Position numbers and translations under genes: made by a program | The notes under the pieces: model-generated | What the model was told of the DNA's origin: nothing | What the model saw: the letters and a program-made list of their open reading frames with translations, nothing else | The model's database searches: none | In this document: positions 1 through 9,371 of the stretch, piece after piece | Layout: every line of letters begins with the position of its first letter | How positions within the stretch are numbered: the first letter of the stretch is position 1 | DNA from: Actinomycetota bacterium | GTDB taxonomy: Bacteria; Actinomycetota; AC-67 | DNA: 64,000 nt | Direction of reading: 5' to 3' | Assembly (NCBI GenBank): GCA_020201525.1 | Contig: JAIVGO010000095.1 | Coordinates: 7,214-71,213, forward strand

Positions 1-196
1 GACCCGTAGACAGGCCGGCGGGGTTGGCGCGAACGACGAGTATCCGCCCGCTCGGTGCGTCGGCGTAGACCGCGTTGAACACATCGCCACCCTTGGATCC
101 CGCTTGGTACGGCGCCGTGTACGTCGCGGTAGCGGCGTGTGCCACCGAAGGCATCGCGACGGCCAGCGCCGCGAGCATCAGGAGCAACCGCTTCAT
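1..196 (-). CDS. Secreted hypothetical protein, N-terminal fragment (gene runs off the window start)
   Basis: Reverse strand reads MKRLLLMLAALAVAMPSVAHA... with a clear signal peptide. Its ATG overlaps the stop of the upstream amidohydrolase gene (TAATG coupling). Only about 65 codons are visible. Confidence 0.4.
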   Translation of the reverse strand, partial: MKRLLLMLAALAVAMPSVAHAATATYTAPYQAGSKGGDVFNAVYADAPSGRILVVRANPAGLSTG

Positions 197-1938
197 TACG
201 GTCCCCATGGCTGGTTTCTCCGCATCGTGAAAAGCTCACGCCTCGTGCGCGGTCCGATGATTTGGTTCGACGCGAGCGGCAAGGTCTCTTTCGGCGTCAT
301 CTGGTTCAGCACGTATTCGTCGCGCAGCAGTTGCACTTGGTCGCACGCGATCGCGTGGCCGCCACTGTTCTGTGCTTTGCGGTCGCCGAGGTGCGCGTCG
401 GCGTCGATGCCGTACACCGCCGCAGCGTTGCGACCGAAGATCGCGTTGCGGATGCTGAAGCGTGGGTCCGACGGAAGTTGTGTCGGGTCGTTCATGTCCC
501 CGTCGATCCCGTGAGGAAGTTGCGGGTACAGCGCCTTCATCTCGTCGCTGAACTGCATCGCGCGCAGGGCGATGATCTCCGAATGGGGTGAGCCGAACCA
601 CAAGCTGTCGGTGCCCCAGCAAATGCGTTTCGGACCGACGTAGATGATCAGCTTCGCCAGCAGATGCGCTGCCGCGTTCGCGTTACCCATAACGCTGCGC
701 CACGTGGAGCCGATCTCGGCGTACACGTTCGGCACGTTGCCGTCGGGGAAGCGCGTCGCGTCCCAGTTGTTCTCGCGCAAGCTCTTGATCAGCGAATTCA
801 CCGTACGGTCTGCGGAGTTGACGTTGTCGTCGCCCGGATACGCCGCCATCGTTTCGCCGTCGTAACCGGAGTGATAGACGATGAAGTTCACGTCGGGGTT
901 GCGGCTGGCAGCCGGACCGATATCGCGCGGTGAAGCGGCGCGCTGGTCGAAGCCCGGCAACGCAAAACCCTTGTGCGTCGCGATGTTGGCCGGCACCCAC
1001 GGATACTTCTGGTGGATGTCGCGCACCTTGTTGATGAAGCTTTGTCCGACCAGGGGGTCGTCGAAGAACCAGCCGGTCGAATAGGGAACGTCGCCCCATG
1101 CGGGGTACGTCTTCCATCCGCGAATGATGTCGCCGAAGTGCTGCGCGGTCTCCGGACTCGCGTAGTCGGCGGCCGTCGGCATCTGCGCGCGCGTCTCCAT
1201 GAGCTCGAACTCTTCTTGCATGAAGACGGGCTCTTTGCCGCCGAAGCTCGCAACGGTTCCGGCGGAACCGCGGTTCGGCATGACGAACGCGTGCAGCACC
1301 GTGCGGCCCCCTTGGCGGCCGATGTCTTGCGGATACCCGGCGAGGCGGTTCACTTCGTGCACAGTCCACGCCGCACGTGCCAGCGGAAGCGGTTGCGTGA
1401 GCTCCGGCGCCGACGGAACGGCCGAAAGTACCGTCATCGTCGTCGCGGAGTCGAGGAAGAGCTCCTTCAAATAGTGGAATCGCGAAAGGTTTTCGATGGG
1501 ATCGAGCTCGCCGGCGCCGCCACCCCGCAAGACGAAGTCCGACGAACCGGGCGTCGTTGACCCACCGGAACGCACGCCCGGCCGCGCGCCGGTGAGCGGA
1601 CCGGCCTGCGCCCAGATTCCCGCGAAGAACGCTTCGAACGCAGGATTCGTGACGCGCCACATCCCGTCGGATTCCACGTGATGGCTTTGCACGTCGAAGA
1701 TGAACTCCCCCGGCAAGTTATTGACCGACAGCATCGGATCGTTGCTCGTCCATTCGAGATCACACGCTGCCGTCGTATTCGTGTTGTGCGCGCCTGCGTA
1801 GCGGCCCCAGCGGTTCCCGTAGACCTGGTTGATCGCCCAGAAGCCGATGCTGTACGCCATCGCAGTGCGAACGAACTCACGACGCGACATGCCCATGCGG
1901 CGACGCCAGTGCTCGACGGCTTCGTTCTGAAGTGCCAT
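196..1938 (-). CDS. Tat-exported amidohydrolase-2 family metal-dependent hydrolase (TIM-barrel)
   Basis: Track ORF 196..2127(-). Twin-arginine motif SRREFVRTAMAYSIGFWA appears after the internal Met (MALQNEAVEHWRRRMGMSRREF), so the start is placed at 1938. C-terminal motifs ICWGTDSLWFGSPH and IRNAIFGRNAAAVYGID match the amidohydrolase-2 C-terminal signature. Confidence 0.6.
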   Translation of the reverse strand: MALQNEAVEHWRRRMGMSRREFVRTAMAYSIGFWAINQVYGNRWGRYAGAHNTNTTAACDLEWTSNDPMLSVNNLPGEFIFDVQSHHVESDGMWRVTNPAFEAFFAGIWAQAGPLTGARPGVRSGGSTTPGSSDFVLRGGGAGELDPIENLSRFHYLKELFLDSATTMTVLSAVPSAPELTQPLPLARAAWTVHEVNRLAGYPQDIGRQGGRTVLHAFVMPNRGSAGTVASFGGKEPVFMQEEFELMETRAQMPTAADYASPETAQHFGDIIRGWKTYPAWGDVPYSTGWFFDDPLVGQSFINKVRDIHQKYPWVPANIATHKGFALPGFDQRAASPRDIGPAASRNPDVNFIVYHSGYDGETMAAYPGDDNVNSADRTVNSLIKSLRENNWDATRFPDGNVPNVYAEIGSTWRSVMGNANAAAHLLAKLIIYVGPKRICWGTDSLWFGSPHSEIIALRAMQFSDEMKALYPQLPHGIDGDMNDPTQLPSDPRFSIRNAIFGRNAAAVYGIDADAHLGDRKAQNSGGHAIACDQVQLLRDEYVLNQMTPKETLPLASNQIIGPRTRRELFTMRRNQPWGP

Positions 1939-2157
1939 TACTTGCTTCTGCTTGTCCGTCGCTGGCTTGGGAATGAATTCGCCGTTCGAAGCCGGCATCA
2001 CGTCAACCGGCAGATCCTCCGGCAGATCAGGCCACGATCTCTTCCAGCGAATCATTCGCTTGCCTCCCCAGTGCGCTCCATCGGTGTCGGCGGAGCCACC
2101 TGTGACTCTTCGCTTACGGCAGGACATTTCCTGCCCGATGTTCGAATTCTTCCGGTG

Positions 2158-4380
2158 CTATGTAACCTCGAATGCCCCGCGCATGAACGGATGTATTCGG
2201 CAGAAGAACGTGTACATGCCGGTCTGAGTCGGCGTGAACTCCCATGAATACGTGCCCGCAGTCGAGCAACCTAAGCCGACGCATAAGATCGTCGAGTCGA
2301 AGTCGACCGGCGTTCCTTCAGCGGCGGGATAGGGATAGTTCGCGCTCGTTGGGCCGGTACACGGCTCCGGGCACGCGGTGATGGTGTGCCAGACCATTCC
2401 GCTCGTGTCGGGGTTGTAGAACGTGAGCTTCGTATTTACGGCGACCTGCGGGACACCGGCCACCTGCGCGATGTTCTGGTCTACTTGGCCGTAATTGAAC
2501 CCTTGCATCGTGATGGTCGTGCTGGCCAGCGGAACGCGCAAACTCGTCAACGATACGCACGATGACGCCATCGCGCAGTCGGCGTGGTTCTGGCGGGACG
2601 GCATGCTGCCGTGCGTCACGTTCCCACGCAAGCACAACACCGTCTTGCCCGCGTTCGGCTCGCCGGCGGGAACCGTGCCGGGCGTACAGCCGACGTCGAT
2701 GGCGTCCGGGAGACCGGACGGACGCGCCGTGAGATTCGGTCCTTCCTCCCACCCTGCGTCGACGATCGTGTTCGGATCGAAAGGATCGATGGCGTCCGGC
2801 TCGTAGCCGGGGTGGGTCCACGACATTACGATCGACATTTGGTCGTATGCGGAGCCGACGGCGGTGTCGTACACGCCGTTGAGTATCAACTTGTCGCCCG
2901 GTTGCACGAGAATCTTCCACGCATCCTTCGCGCGGCCGGTTCCCGCACTCCCACCGAGCTGCCCGGTCATCGACAGGTCCCACGACTTCGGCGGCGCGCC
3001 GGCGAGCTCCGGGTTGGAGTAGTCGGCGACCGGCGGATTGGACAGGGCCCCGCCGCCCCAGTACACGGCATCGGAGATGAGAATAGGCACCAGCTTGTTC
3101 CCCCGCTTGACGGCGACCTCGTCGCGGAGGCCGCCGGGATGCAAGTGGCCGCCCATGTTGACGAGCACGGCGCATTGCTTCGGGTGGCCGGGACTGATGT
3201 ACCCGAGCTCGGGACAATCCGCGAACGCGGGGTCGGTTGCGTGACCGATGATGCTCTGCGTCTCCTTCCCCTGTTGCAGCGTTGCTTGCGCGCCCGCGTG
3301 TTGCGAGGAGTCAAAGTGCGCACAGTTCTCGCGCGGAAACGTACACACAAGCTTGCCGGTACCAGCGTTTTGGCTGATCGAGACCGTCGTCAGCGGATTG
3401 GTCGGATCAGAAGGCCCGGTGAGCCCGTGGAACGCTCCGTCGTCGACGTGGCCCAATCCCCGCTGAGCGTTGAAGAGCGGGTTGAAGGGCGAGTAGACGT
3501 TCGTGCTGGCGGCGGAACCGTCCCAAGTCAGCTGTGATCCGCCGGCTCCGGCGTCCATCCAGATCGACTTCACGTCCCGTATACCGGTTTGCGTATGACC
3601 GAGCGCATCCTTCCATGTCAGGTTGTCCCCGGCGGTCTTCGCGATGTAATCGATGTCGTACGTGATGTAGACGGCTTGCGTCGTCGGGAGCGCATTGTGA
3701 ATCATGTAGAGCATCTCCCACGCGCTCATGCCTTGCATCGTCCAGCCGTACCCTTTGGGGAACTGCAGGATCGTTTGTTCTTCTCCCGTCGCGAAGAAAG
3801 GTCCAACAACACTGCTCGGACCGTTGACTCCGCCGAGCCAGGTCCCGTGGTGAAGGTGAAGCGTCTCCACCGGCGGAACCGATCCGTCGGCGGACTGCAA
3901 CCCGGGCTTCCACCGCAGCGTGTAGCCGTCGTACATCGGGTGCTCGAACGTCGTGACATTTATGAGCGAGTCGTTCATCCCGGGCCGCGCGATGATCGGT
4001 CCCATCGTGAACTTCAGCCGCCTGCACGCGGCGTAAAAATCCGGATCAGCCTGGATCGCGGCGGCGACCTGGTCGTAGGCACTCTCCGGATCGCATCTGC
4101 CGGACGTGTAAACGGACGACGGAAGGGTGCCGTCGAGCGCCCCTGTGAAGTCGAGCTCGTAGGTCGGGATGCAATTGAGACCGGCCTTGTCGTGGTATGT
4201 CTCGTCGGGGTTGCTGGGGTCGGGATCCTGGTTCGCGTTGCCGGGGATGGTGTTCGCGTCGAGGACGTGCGCGATCGGCGTGCAACGCTGGTCGGCCGAC
4301 GAGGTGAGGGTCGTACCGGCTGGGACTAGGAATCCGGCGATGAACATCGCCGCACACGCCGCGGACAATTTCCGTCGCAT
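2158..4380 (-). CDS. Large secreted copper protein, paralog A: C-terminal amicyanin-like cupredoxin (type-1 Cu) domain plus an unassigned His-cluster N-terminal domain
   Basis: Track ORF 2158..4713(-). Start placed at internal MRRKLSAACAAMFIAGFLVPAGT (signal peptide, GAGGAGG RBS upstream). C-terminus is ...HTITACPEPC...YTFFCRIHPFMRGAFEVT (His, Cys-x2-His-x2-Met as in amicyanin CTPHPFM). N-domain carries ETLHLHHGTW and GGHLHPGG motifs. Paralogous to the 5296..7122 gene. Confidence 0.7.
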   Translation of the reverse strand: MRRKLSAACAAMFIAGFLVPAGTTLTSSADQRCTPIAHVLDANTIPGNANQDPDPSNPDETYHDKAGLNCIPTYELDFTGALDGTLPSSVYTSGRCDPESAYDQVAAAIQADPDFYAACRRLKFTMGPIIARPGMNDSLINVTTFEHPMYDGYTLRWKPGLQSADGSVPPVETLHLHHGTWLGGVNGPSSVVGPFFATGEEQTILQFPKGYGWTMQGMSAWEMLYMIHNALPTTQAVYITYDIDYIAKTAGDNLTWKDALGHTQTGIRDVKSIWMDAGAGGSQLTWDGSAASTNVYSPFNPLFNAQRGLGHVDDGAFHGLTGPSDPTNPLTTVSISQNAGTGKLVCTFPRENCAHFDSSQHAGAQATLQQGKETQSIIGHATDPAFADCPELGYISPGHPKQCAVLVNMGGHLHPGGLRDEVAVKRGNKLVPILISDAVYWGGGALSNPPVADYSNPELAGAPPKSWDLSMTGQLGGSAGTGRAKDAWKILVQPGDKLILNGVYDTAVGSAYDQMSIVMSWTHPGYEPDAIDPFDPNTIVDAGWEEGPNLTARPSGLPDAIDVGCTPGTVPAGEPNAGKTVLCLRGNVTHGSMPSRQNHADCAMASSCVSLTSLRVPLASTTITMQGFNYGQVDQNIAQVAGVPQVAVNTKLTFYNPDTSGMVWHTITACPEPCTGPTSANYPYPAAEGTPVDFDSTILCVGLGCSTAGTYSWEFTPTQTGMYTFFCRIHPFMRGAFEVT

Positions 4381-4543
4381 ACGTACCTCCTCGCAAGGCC
4401 CGACGCGCCGGTCCCCTGCCGGACGCAATTTCCGACCAGACGGTAACATTTTTCGTGACAGATTGTCTAAGTCCTCCCCTTCCGCGTGATTTTTCTCACT
4501 TGTGGTGCTTGCTACGCGGGCGGATCGGTACCATCTACCCCGA

Positions 4544-5185
4544 ATGGCGAAACGGGCGGAGTACCTGGGACCGGAGCGGCGCCGGCCGCTCGTGCTCGAC
4601 GCCGCCCAGGCGATCTTCGCCGAAGGCGGCTTCACCGACGCCTCCATGGCGGCCATTGCCGAGCGCGCGGCCGTGTCCAAAGCCGTCCTATACGACTGCT
4701 TCCCCGGGGGCAAGCAAGAGATCTATTACGCACTCCTCGACCGCGGCGAGGAAGTCTTCATGCAACACATGATGGGCGTGCTCGATCACACGAACCGCCT
4801 TCCGCTCGAAGAAGCGTTGCGGGAAGGAATCGCCGCCTTTCTCGATTACGCGGAGCTGAATCCGAACGGATTCCGCATCATCTTCGGCGACGCCGGTACC
4901 TCCGATCCGGAAATCGCGCGCCGCACGGAGCGAACGAAAGAGCTCATGGTCGCGAAGATGGGCGAGCGAACGCGCCAGATCATGACCGAGGCCGGGGTCC
5001 CGATCACGCCGCTTGCCGACACATACAACCGTTCGATCGTCGCCGTCGCAGAAGAGATGGCGCGCTGGACCCTGCGTGATCCTACGATCCCAAAAGAAGC
5101 ACTCGTCGAGACCCTCGTCGCGTGGTTCATGAAAGGGTTCGAGAGCCTCATCCCCGGCGACTCGTGGAGGCGGCCGCTCCCGTAA
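4544..5185 (+). CDS. TetR family transcriptional regulator
   Basis: N-terminal HTH FAEGGFTDASMAAIAERAAVSKAVLYDCF is typical of TetR_N. Start taken at MAKRAEYLG. The gene is divergent from copper-protein A and directly upstream of copper-protein B. Confidence 0.75.
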   Translation: MAKRAEYLGPERRRPLVLDAAQAIFAEGGFTDASMAAIAERAAVSKAVLYDCFPGGKQEIYYALLDRGEEVFMQHMMGVLDHTNRLPLEEALREGIAAFLDYAELNPNGFRIIFGDAGTSDPEIARRTERTKELMVAKMGERTRQIMTEAGVPITPLADTYNRSIVAVAEEMARWTLRDPTIPKEALVETLVAWFMKGFESLIPGDSWRRPLP

Positions 5186-5295
5186 GGCGGAGTTGCCGGT
5201 TCTCCGCTTAGCGACATATTGACGTAAAACGACCGATCGGTCACTATGGGCGTACATTTCCGTTTGCCCGTGTTCGTCCTAACTTGGAGGACTCA

Positions 5296-7122
5296 ATGAA
5301 GCCACGGTTCCTTATCGCCCTGGCGGGGGCTGCGCTCGTGTTCACCATGCTCCCGGCGCATGCGAACGACCCGGTCTCGGACCTAACGAGCGCACCGAAT
5401 AGATATGTCCCGCAGCCGGCGGGGACGGCAACAACTCTGCGCTACGTATTCGGCCCGTACGTCGTTCCGCCGGGGGTCGACAAGAACCAGATCACCGTCG
5501 ATCTCCCGCTCACGACGGGCTTCATCACAAAAGTCTTCCCGAACCTGATCAATATTCGAACCGGGGAAGAGTTCCCCGAAACCGAGGCGCACATTCACCA
5601 CGCTCACTGGTTTCGGATCACAAACGACAGTCAGTACGAGGATTACGACTACGGCGCTCTCTCTTGGGTCTTTGGCACCGGCGAGGAGCGGACCGGCGGT
5701 AGCCTCCACGACCGCGAGTCCCCCACTGAGGGCTGGACGTACGGGATCTTCGTGGACGGCACCACCCCGAACGCGATCATCTTCATGCTCCACAACAAGA
5801 CCGCTTCAGCAATCTCCGGCTACATCACACTCGACGTTGAATTCACCTACGGAAACCGCCCGGACATCCTCGCCAACACCGGCAAGGACGTCCACCCTCT
5901 GCGCGGCGTCCTCACGGGCACGACGCAAGACGCGATCGCCGGCTTCACAAACGGCGCCCGCGCCTCCAACGGCGTCCTGATGCAGGACTACACAACCGAC
6001 TTCGCGGGCACGCTCATCGCGTCGGCCTCCCACATGCACCCGGGCGGGAAATGGGTCAACGTCGTCAATCTCGGGCCGAAGAACGCGAACGGCAGCTTCG
6101 TATGCGGCCAGGCCGACCTGGACAACGATGGTCTGCCCGGTGTCACGCTCTTTGTTTCGAGGAAGGTGGACCACGTGACGGCGGCGTGGCCGTATTCCGA
6201 GGACTACCAGATGGCCGGCACGCAAGGAGGTTTCCGCGCGCCCATCCACCTCGGAGACGTCATCAGGCAATACGGCGTGTACGACGTGAAGCGTACGGGC
6301 ACCGCGGGACTTCCGTCGGCTCTGTACAAGATCGATCCGCTCGACCCTTCGCCGACCGCGCCGACCTCCCTCAATTCACTCGATGGCCGGTCACACGCTT
6401 ACTACGAAGCGATGTCGTACACGGGCTTGTACAGCGACACGGAGCAATTGCCAACCGTGGGCGCCCAAGGCATCACGTCATCGCAGTGTGCCGTCGAGAA
6501 CTTCGAGCCCAAACTGGTGTCGTCGAACGGCTTCTCGTTCTCGTCGAACCCGCGCGAGACGCATATCACTCGCGAGTGCCCGCTCGGAGATGGGACGTGT
6601 GACGGCGGATGGGACCACCTCGACGACGTGTGCGGCGTGAAGAACAACGACGGGAGCGATGCCCCTGCGTGCGAGCCTGAACCTCACACGGTTTACAGCG
6701 ACGGCCCGATCGTCGACACCATCCACGTCGCCAACTTCAAGTACGTGTGGGGAGATCAAGGATTCGGCGCCCCGCTCAATATGCTGCCACGGGTAAAGCT
6801 CGGTACGTCACTTCGGCTCGTCAACGAAGACTTCGGGATCGCGGTGCGTCATACGTTCACTTCCTGCCCAAGTCCGTGCGACGGCACGTACGTCGCCAAC
6901 TATCCCGTTCCAGATGGGCTGTTCGACTCAGGGAAGCTCGGCAACTTCGACCCGGTGGACGGCGGCTTGTCGTGCGACAACTTCGATGAGGCCTGCGCCG
7001 GGAGCGATACGCTCCCGGTGTACGACATGCCGATCGACTCACGATTTACCGAGGGCACTACGTACACGTATTACTGCTCTATTCACCCATGGATGCGTGG
7101 GGCTTTCAAAGTCGTGGCGTAA
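5296..7122 (+). CDS. Large secreted copper protein, paralog B: C-terminal amicyanin-like cupredoxin domain plus a His-cluster N-terminal domain
   Basis: Track ORF 5284..7122. Signal peptide MKPRFLIALAGAALVFTMLPAHA, GGAGGA RBS. C-terminus RHTFTSCPSPC...YTYYCSIHPWMRGAFKVVA. N-domain motifs ETEAHIHHAHW, SHMHPGGKW, FMLHN...YITLDVEF are shared with paralog A. Confidence 0.7.
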   Translation: MKPRFLIALAGAALVFTMLPAHANDPVSDLTSAPNRYVPQPAGTATTLRYVFGPYVVPPGVDKNQITVDLPLTTGFITKVFPNLINIRTGEEFPETEAHIHHAHWFRITNDSQYEDYDYGALSWVFGTGEERTGGSLHDRESPTEGWTYGIFVDGTTPNAIIFMLHNKTASAISGYITLDVEFTYGNRPDILANTGKDVHPLRGVLTGTTQDAIAGFTNGARASNGVLMQDYTTDFAGTLIASASHMHPGGKWVNVVNLGPKNANGSFVCGQADLDNDGLPGVTLFVSRKVDHVTAAWPYSEDYQMAGTQGGFRAPIHLGDVIRQYGVYDVKRTGTAGLPSALYKIDPLDPSPTAPTSLNSLDGRSHAYYEAMSYTGLYSDTEQLPTVGAQGITSSQCAVENFEPKLVSSNGFSFSSNPRETHITRECPLGDGTCDGGWDHLDDVCGVKNNDGSDAPACEPEPHTVYSDGPIVDTIHVANFKYVWGDQGFGAPLNMLPRVKLGTSLRLVNEDFGIAVRHTFTSCPSPCDGTYVANYPVPDGLFDSGKLGNFDPVDGGLSCDNFDEACAGSDTLPVYDMPIDSRFTEGTTYTYYCSIHPWMRGAFKVVA

Positions 7123-7141
7123 TAGAGGGCGTCGTGTGCGT

Positions 7142-7167
7142 GAGGCCGCCCCTTCGGGGCGGCCTCA
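7142..7167. terminator. Bidirectional terminator hairpin (GAGGCCGCCCC-TTCG-GGGGCGGCCTC) between convergent genes
   Basis: Perfect 11-bp GC-rich stem with a TTCG tetraloop. It lies in the 64-nt gap between the stop of the 5296..7122(+) gene and the stop of the 7187..7663(-) gene. Confidence 0.5.
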
Positions 7168-7186
7168 ATCTTTCAGGCTTGCCTAA

Positions 7187-7663
7187 CTAAGTCGGGTTCG
7201 GAAGGAGCACGAGCGTTCCCGTCATCGCCGTCTTATGTGGCTCGCAATAGAACTGATACGTTCGGCCTGTTATCGCATAGCCGTCGTCCAGCCCGTAAAT
7301 CGGCGTGGGATTGCCGATGACTTTGAGAGGCGACCAGAACAGCGGGCAACGACCCGGAAGGTAGAAGTTCGATGCCGGATAGCACCACGGCGCCGATCCG
7401 TCCGGGCGAATATCACAAGCGTTACTTCCGTTGCTCGCGGTATGGCACGAAATGACGTTGTGCAACGCCAGAGCGTCGGCGTTGACGAAATTGAGCGGCT
7501 GGCCGGTCACGGCAACCATCGCGGGGGTCAGGAAACCGGTCGTCTGTCCGTCCGGTGCTGCGACGATCGTCGGGCCCGGTGAGGTATCGTCCGCCTGAGC
7601 CGGCGCGAATGTCAGCGCTGCCAAGGCGACACACCCCAGAATGGTCATCACTTTCTTTCGCAT
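7187..7663 (-). CDS. Small blue copper protein (plastocyanin/azurin-family cupredoxin) with signal peptide
   Basis: MRKKVMTILGCVALAALTFAPAQA signal. Candidate ligands: His in NFVNADALALHNV and C-x-P-H-x4-M in YQFYCEPHKTAMTG. About 158 aa. Last gene of the PQQ-propeller operon. Confidence 0.7.
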   Translation of the reverse strand: MRKKVMTILGCVALAALTFAPAQADDTSPGPTIVAAPDGQTTGFLTPAMVAVTGQPLNFVNADALALHNVISCHTASNGSNACDIRPDGSAPWCYPASNFYLPGRCPLFWSPLKVIGNPTPIYGLDDGYAITGRTYQFYCEPHKTAMTGTLVLLPNPT

Positions 7664-7693
7664 GGGCTGTACTCTCCCTCTCTTGATCGTTTG

Positions 7694-9367
7694 TTAAAGC
7701 CCAACCTTCATCGGACGAAAAGCGATCACGAAACCGTTTGGCATCGACGGGTACGGCTGTCCGTCGCCCGAGCCGATCGACGTGAGTCCGACGCCTACCG
7801 TCGCGTACACCGTGTTACGCGCCACCGTCACGCCGCCCCACGTGAATGTGGGATCGGCCCCGCTGTTCGCGCCGAGCTCCATCGGCCGGTGCAGCAGCGG
7901 CGCACCCGTGCCGGCGTCGTAGGCGTCGAGAAAACCCTTGAGGTCGGGCGTATAAACGATGCCGTTCGCAACCGTCGCCGGTGGCCCCCAATGCACGCCG
8001 TCGCCGATCGGCGTCGCCCACTTGATGGCCCCAGCGTCGCGATCGAGCGCCGTCATATACCCGACAAGTGAGTGCGGCACGTACAACGCCGTGCCGTCGT
8101 ACGCCGCGGATCCGACGATGCCGCCAACCGGCGACGGGACACCCATGACGGTGCTCCACACGTTCGGCATCTCACGAGCCCCCTCGGAATCCGCGGGACC
8201 GATGTAGTGCGCCGGATCCGGATCGAACACGTGATACACGCCGGACTTCTGACCGGCGCCGATCAATCGACGACCACCGCGGTCGGTGAAGATGTTGGGC
8301 TGCGAGCCGAAGTCGAGATCCAGGTGCTCGCAATCGAAGCCGAATGAGAAAATAAGCGGACTTCCAGACGTCGCGTCGCAGGTTCCGTTGAAGTCCGACG
8401 CAGCGTCAAGGTATTGCTCGGTGTCGCCGCGGTAATAGGCAAGCACTCGCCCGACGGCTGCATGGGACCGGTCGAGGTCGATCTTCAGCACGGCATTCGT
8501 GCGGTCGCTCTTGTGCTGATAATTGAACGGGTTTCCCGTGCCCACGTAGCCGACTTTGTTCGGGCCGTCGATTGAGATCGTCGACCAGACCGCTGCGCCG
8601 GCATCGCCGGTAGCGAACTGATCGTCCGGGATCGACCACTGGTGCTTGACCAGCGCGCCCGTGGATGCGTCGAGCAACACAGACGCCCCCCGAAATTGCA
8701 GCCGATCGTACGCGTCACCTTCCGCAAGCGTTCCCGACACGCCCGCCCACACCATCGGGGCGAGCGGTCCGGGTCCGTCGGAATCGAACACAATGGGGCT
8801 CGCAACCGCGTCCGAGCCCGGCTGGTTGTCCACGGTGTGGGTCCACACCTCGTGGCCGTCCGCTTCCGACAGCGCCACGACGTACGGGCTCCCAACCTGG
8901 GACACGTATGCGTACACCAAGCCGTTGGCAACAGCGAGCGACGAATAAACGCCGAACGGAAGGAAGTGAGACCACACGACGTCGCCGCCGTATGCGTTGA
9001 GTGCGAACACCCAACCCGGCTCCTGAAATCCCGTGCTCGTCGCGACGAAGACGCAGCCGTCGATCTCGATCGGGTAGCCGGTTATCTCGTTGCGACCGAT
9101 GAAGTTCGGATTGATCGCTTGAACCGCATCGTTGGCGGAGAACGTCCATGCCGGTGCCAGCAGCGGAACATTCGCTGGCGTCAACGTCGATTCGAGGGGT
9201 TGCGAATGCGACCCGGACAGATTCCCGCCGAACATCGGCCACTCGCCGCCGGGCTTCGCGTCCGGCACGCACGTCACTTGTGCGCGCGCCGGCGTTCCGG
9301 CGAGCGCGGCAAGAATCAGAAGCGCAGTCCCCAGCGTGCTCCGAATCCCTCTCGCCGGACGCACCAA
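7694..9367 (-). CDS. PQQ-like beta-propeller protein (quinoprotein dehydrogenase-like), secreted, paralog 1
   Basis: Signal peptide. N-terminal GGEWPMFGGNLSGSHSQPL...NVPLLAPAWTF matches the W-x-M-x-G-G-D...R-Y-S...NV..L..AW start of quinoprotein alcohol dehydrogenases. Repeated propeller-blade motifs. Only 4 nt separate it from the upstream paralog. Confidence 0.65.
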   Translation of the reverse strand: MVRPARGIRSTLGTALLILAALAGTPARAQVTCVPDAKPGGEWPMFGGNLSGSHSQPLESTLTPANVPLLAPAWTFSANDAVQAINPNFIGRNEITGYPIEIDGCVFVATSTGFQEPGWVFALNAYGGDVVWSHFLPFGVYSSLAVANGLVYAYVSQVGSPYVVALSEADGHEVWTHTVDNQPGSDAVASPIVFDSDGPGPLAPMVWAGVSGTLAEGDAYDRLQFRGASVLLDASTGALVKHQWSIPDDQFATGDAGAAVWSTISIDGPNKVGYVGTGNPFNYQHKSDRTNAVLKIDLDRSHAAVGRVLAYYRGDTEQYLDAASDFNGTCDATSGSPLIFSFGFDCEHLDLDFGSQPNIFTDRGGRRLIGAGQKSGVYHVFDPDPAHYIGPADSEGAREMPNVWSTVMGVPSPVGGIVGSAAYDGTALYVPHSLVGYMTALDRDAGAIKWATPIGDGVHWGPPATVANGIVYTPDLKGFLDAYDAGTGAPLLHRPMELGANSGADPTFTWGGVTVARNTVYATVGVGLTSIGSGDGQPYPSMPNGFVIAFRPMKVGL

Positions 9368-9371
9368 GGCA

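Noticed and set aside
683-1660. 325-aa minus-strand ORF (Arg/Ala/Gly-rich) and similar long ORFs at 2318..3217(-), 2584..3537(+), 10279..11208(-), 11298..12512(+), 22335..23324(-), 24890..25939(-), 38842..39609(-), 41164..42660(-), 43319..44440(+), 47182-region alternates
   Set aside because: They lie fully inside stronger genes in other frames or on the opposite strand. Their R/A/G/P-rich composition is typical of out-of-frame translation of high-GC DNA. They have no recognisable motifs or RBS.
2158-7122. Classifying the large copper proteins as classical multicopper oxidases (laccase/CueO-type)
   Set aside because: The HxH-containing motifs do not follow MCO L1-L4 order. The C-terminal site is C-x2-H-x2-M (amicyanin type), not H-C-H-x3-H-x4-M. 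Domain sizes do not fit three-cupredoxin MCOs.
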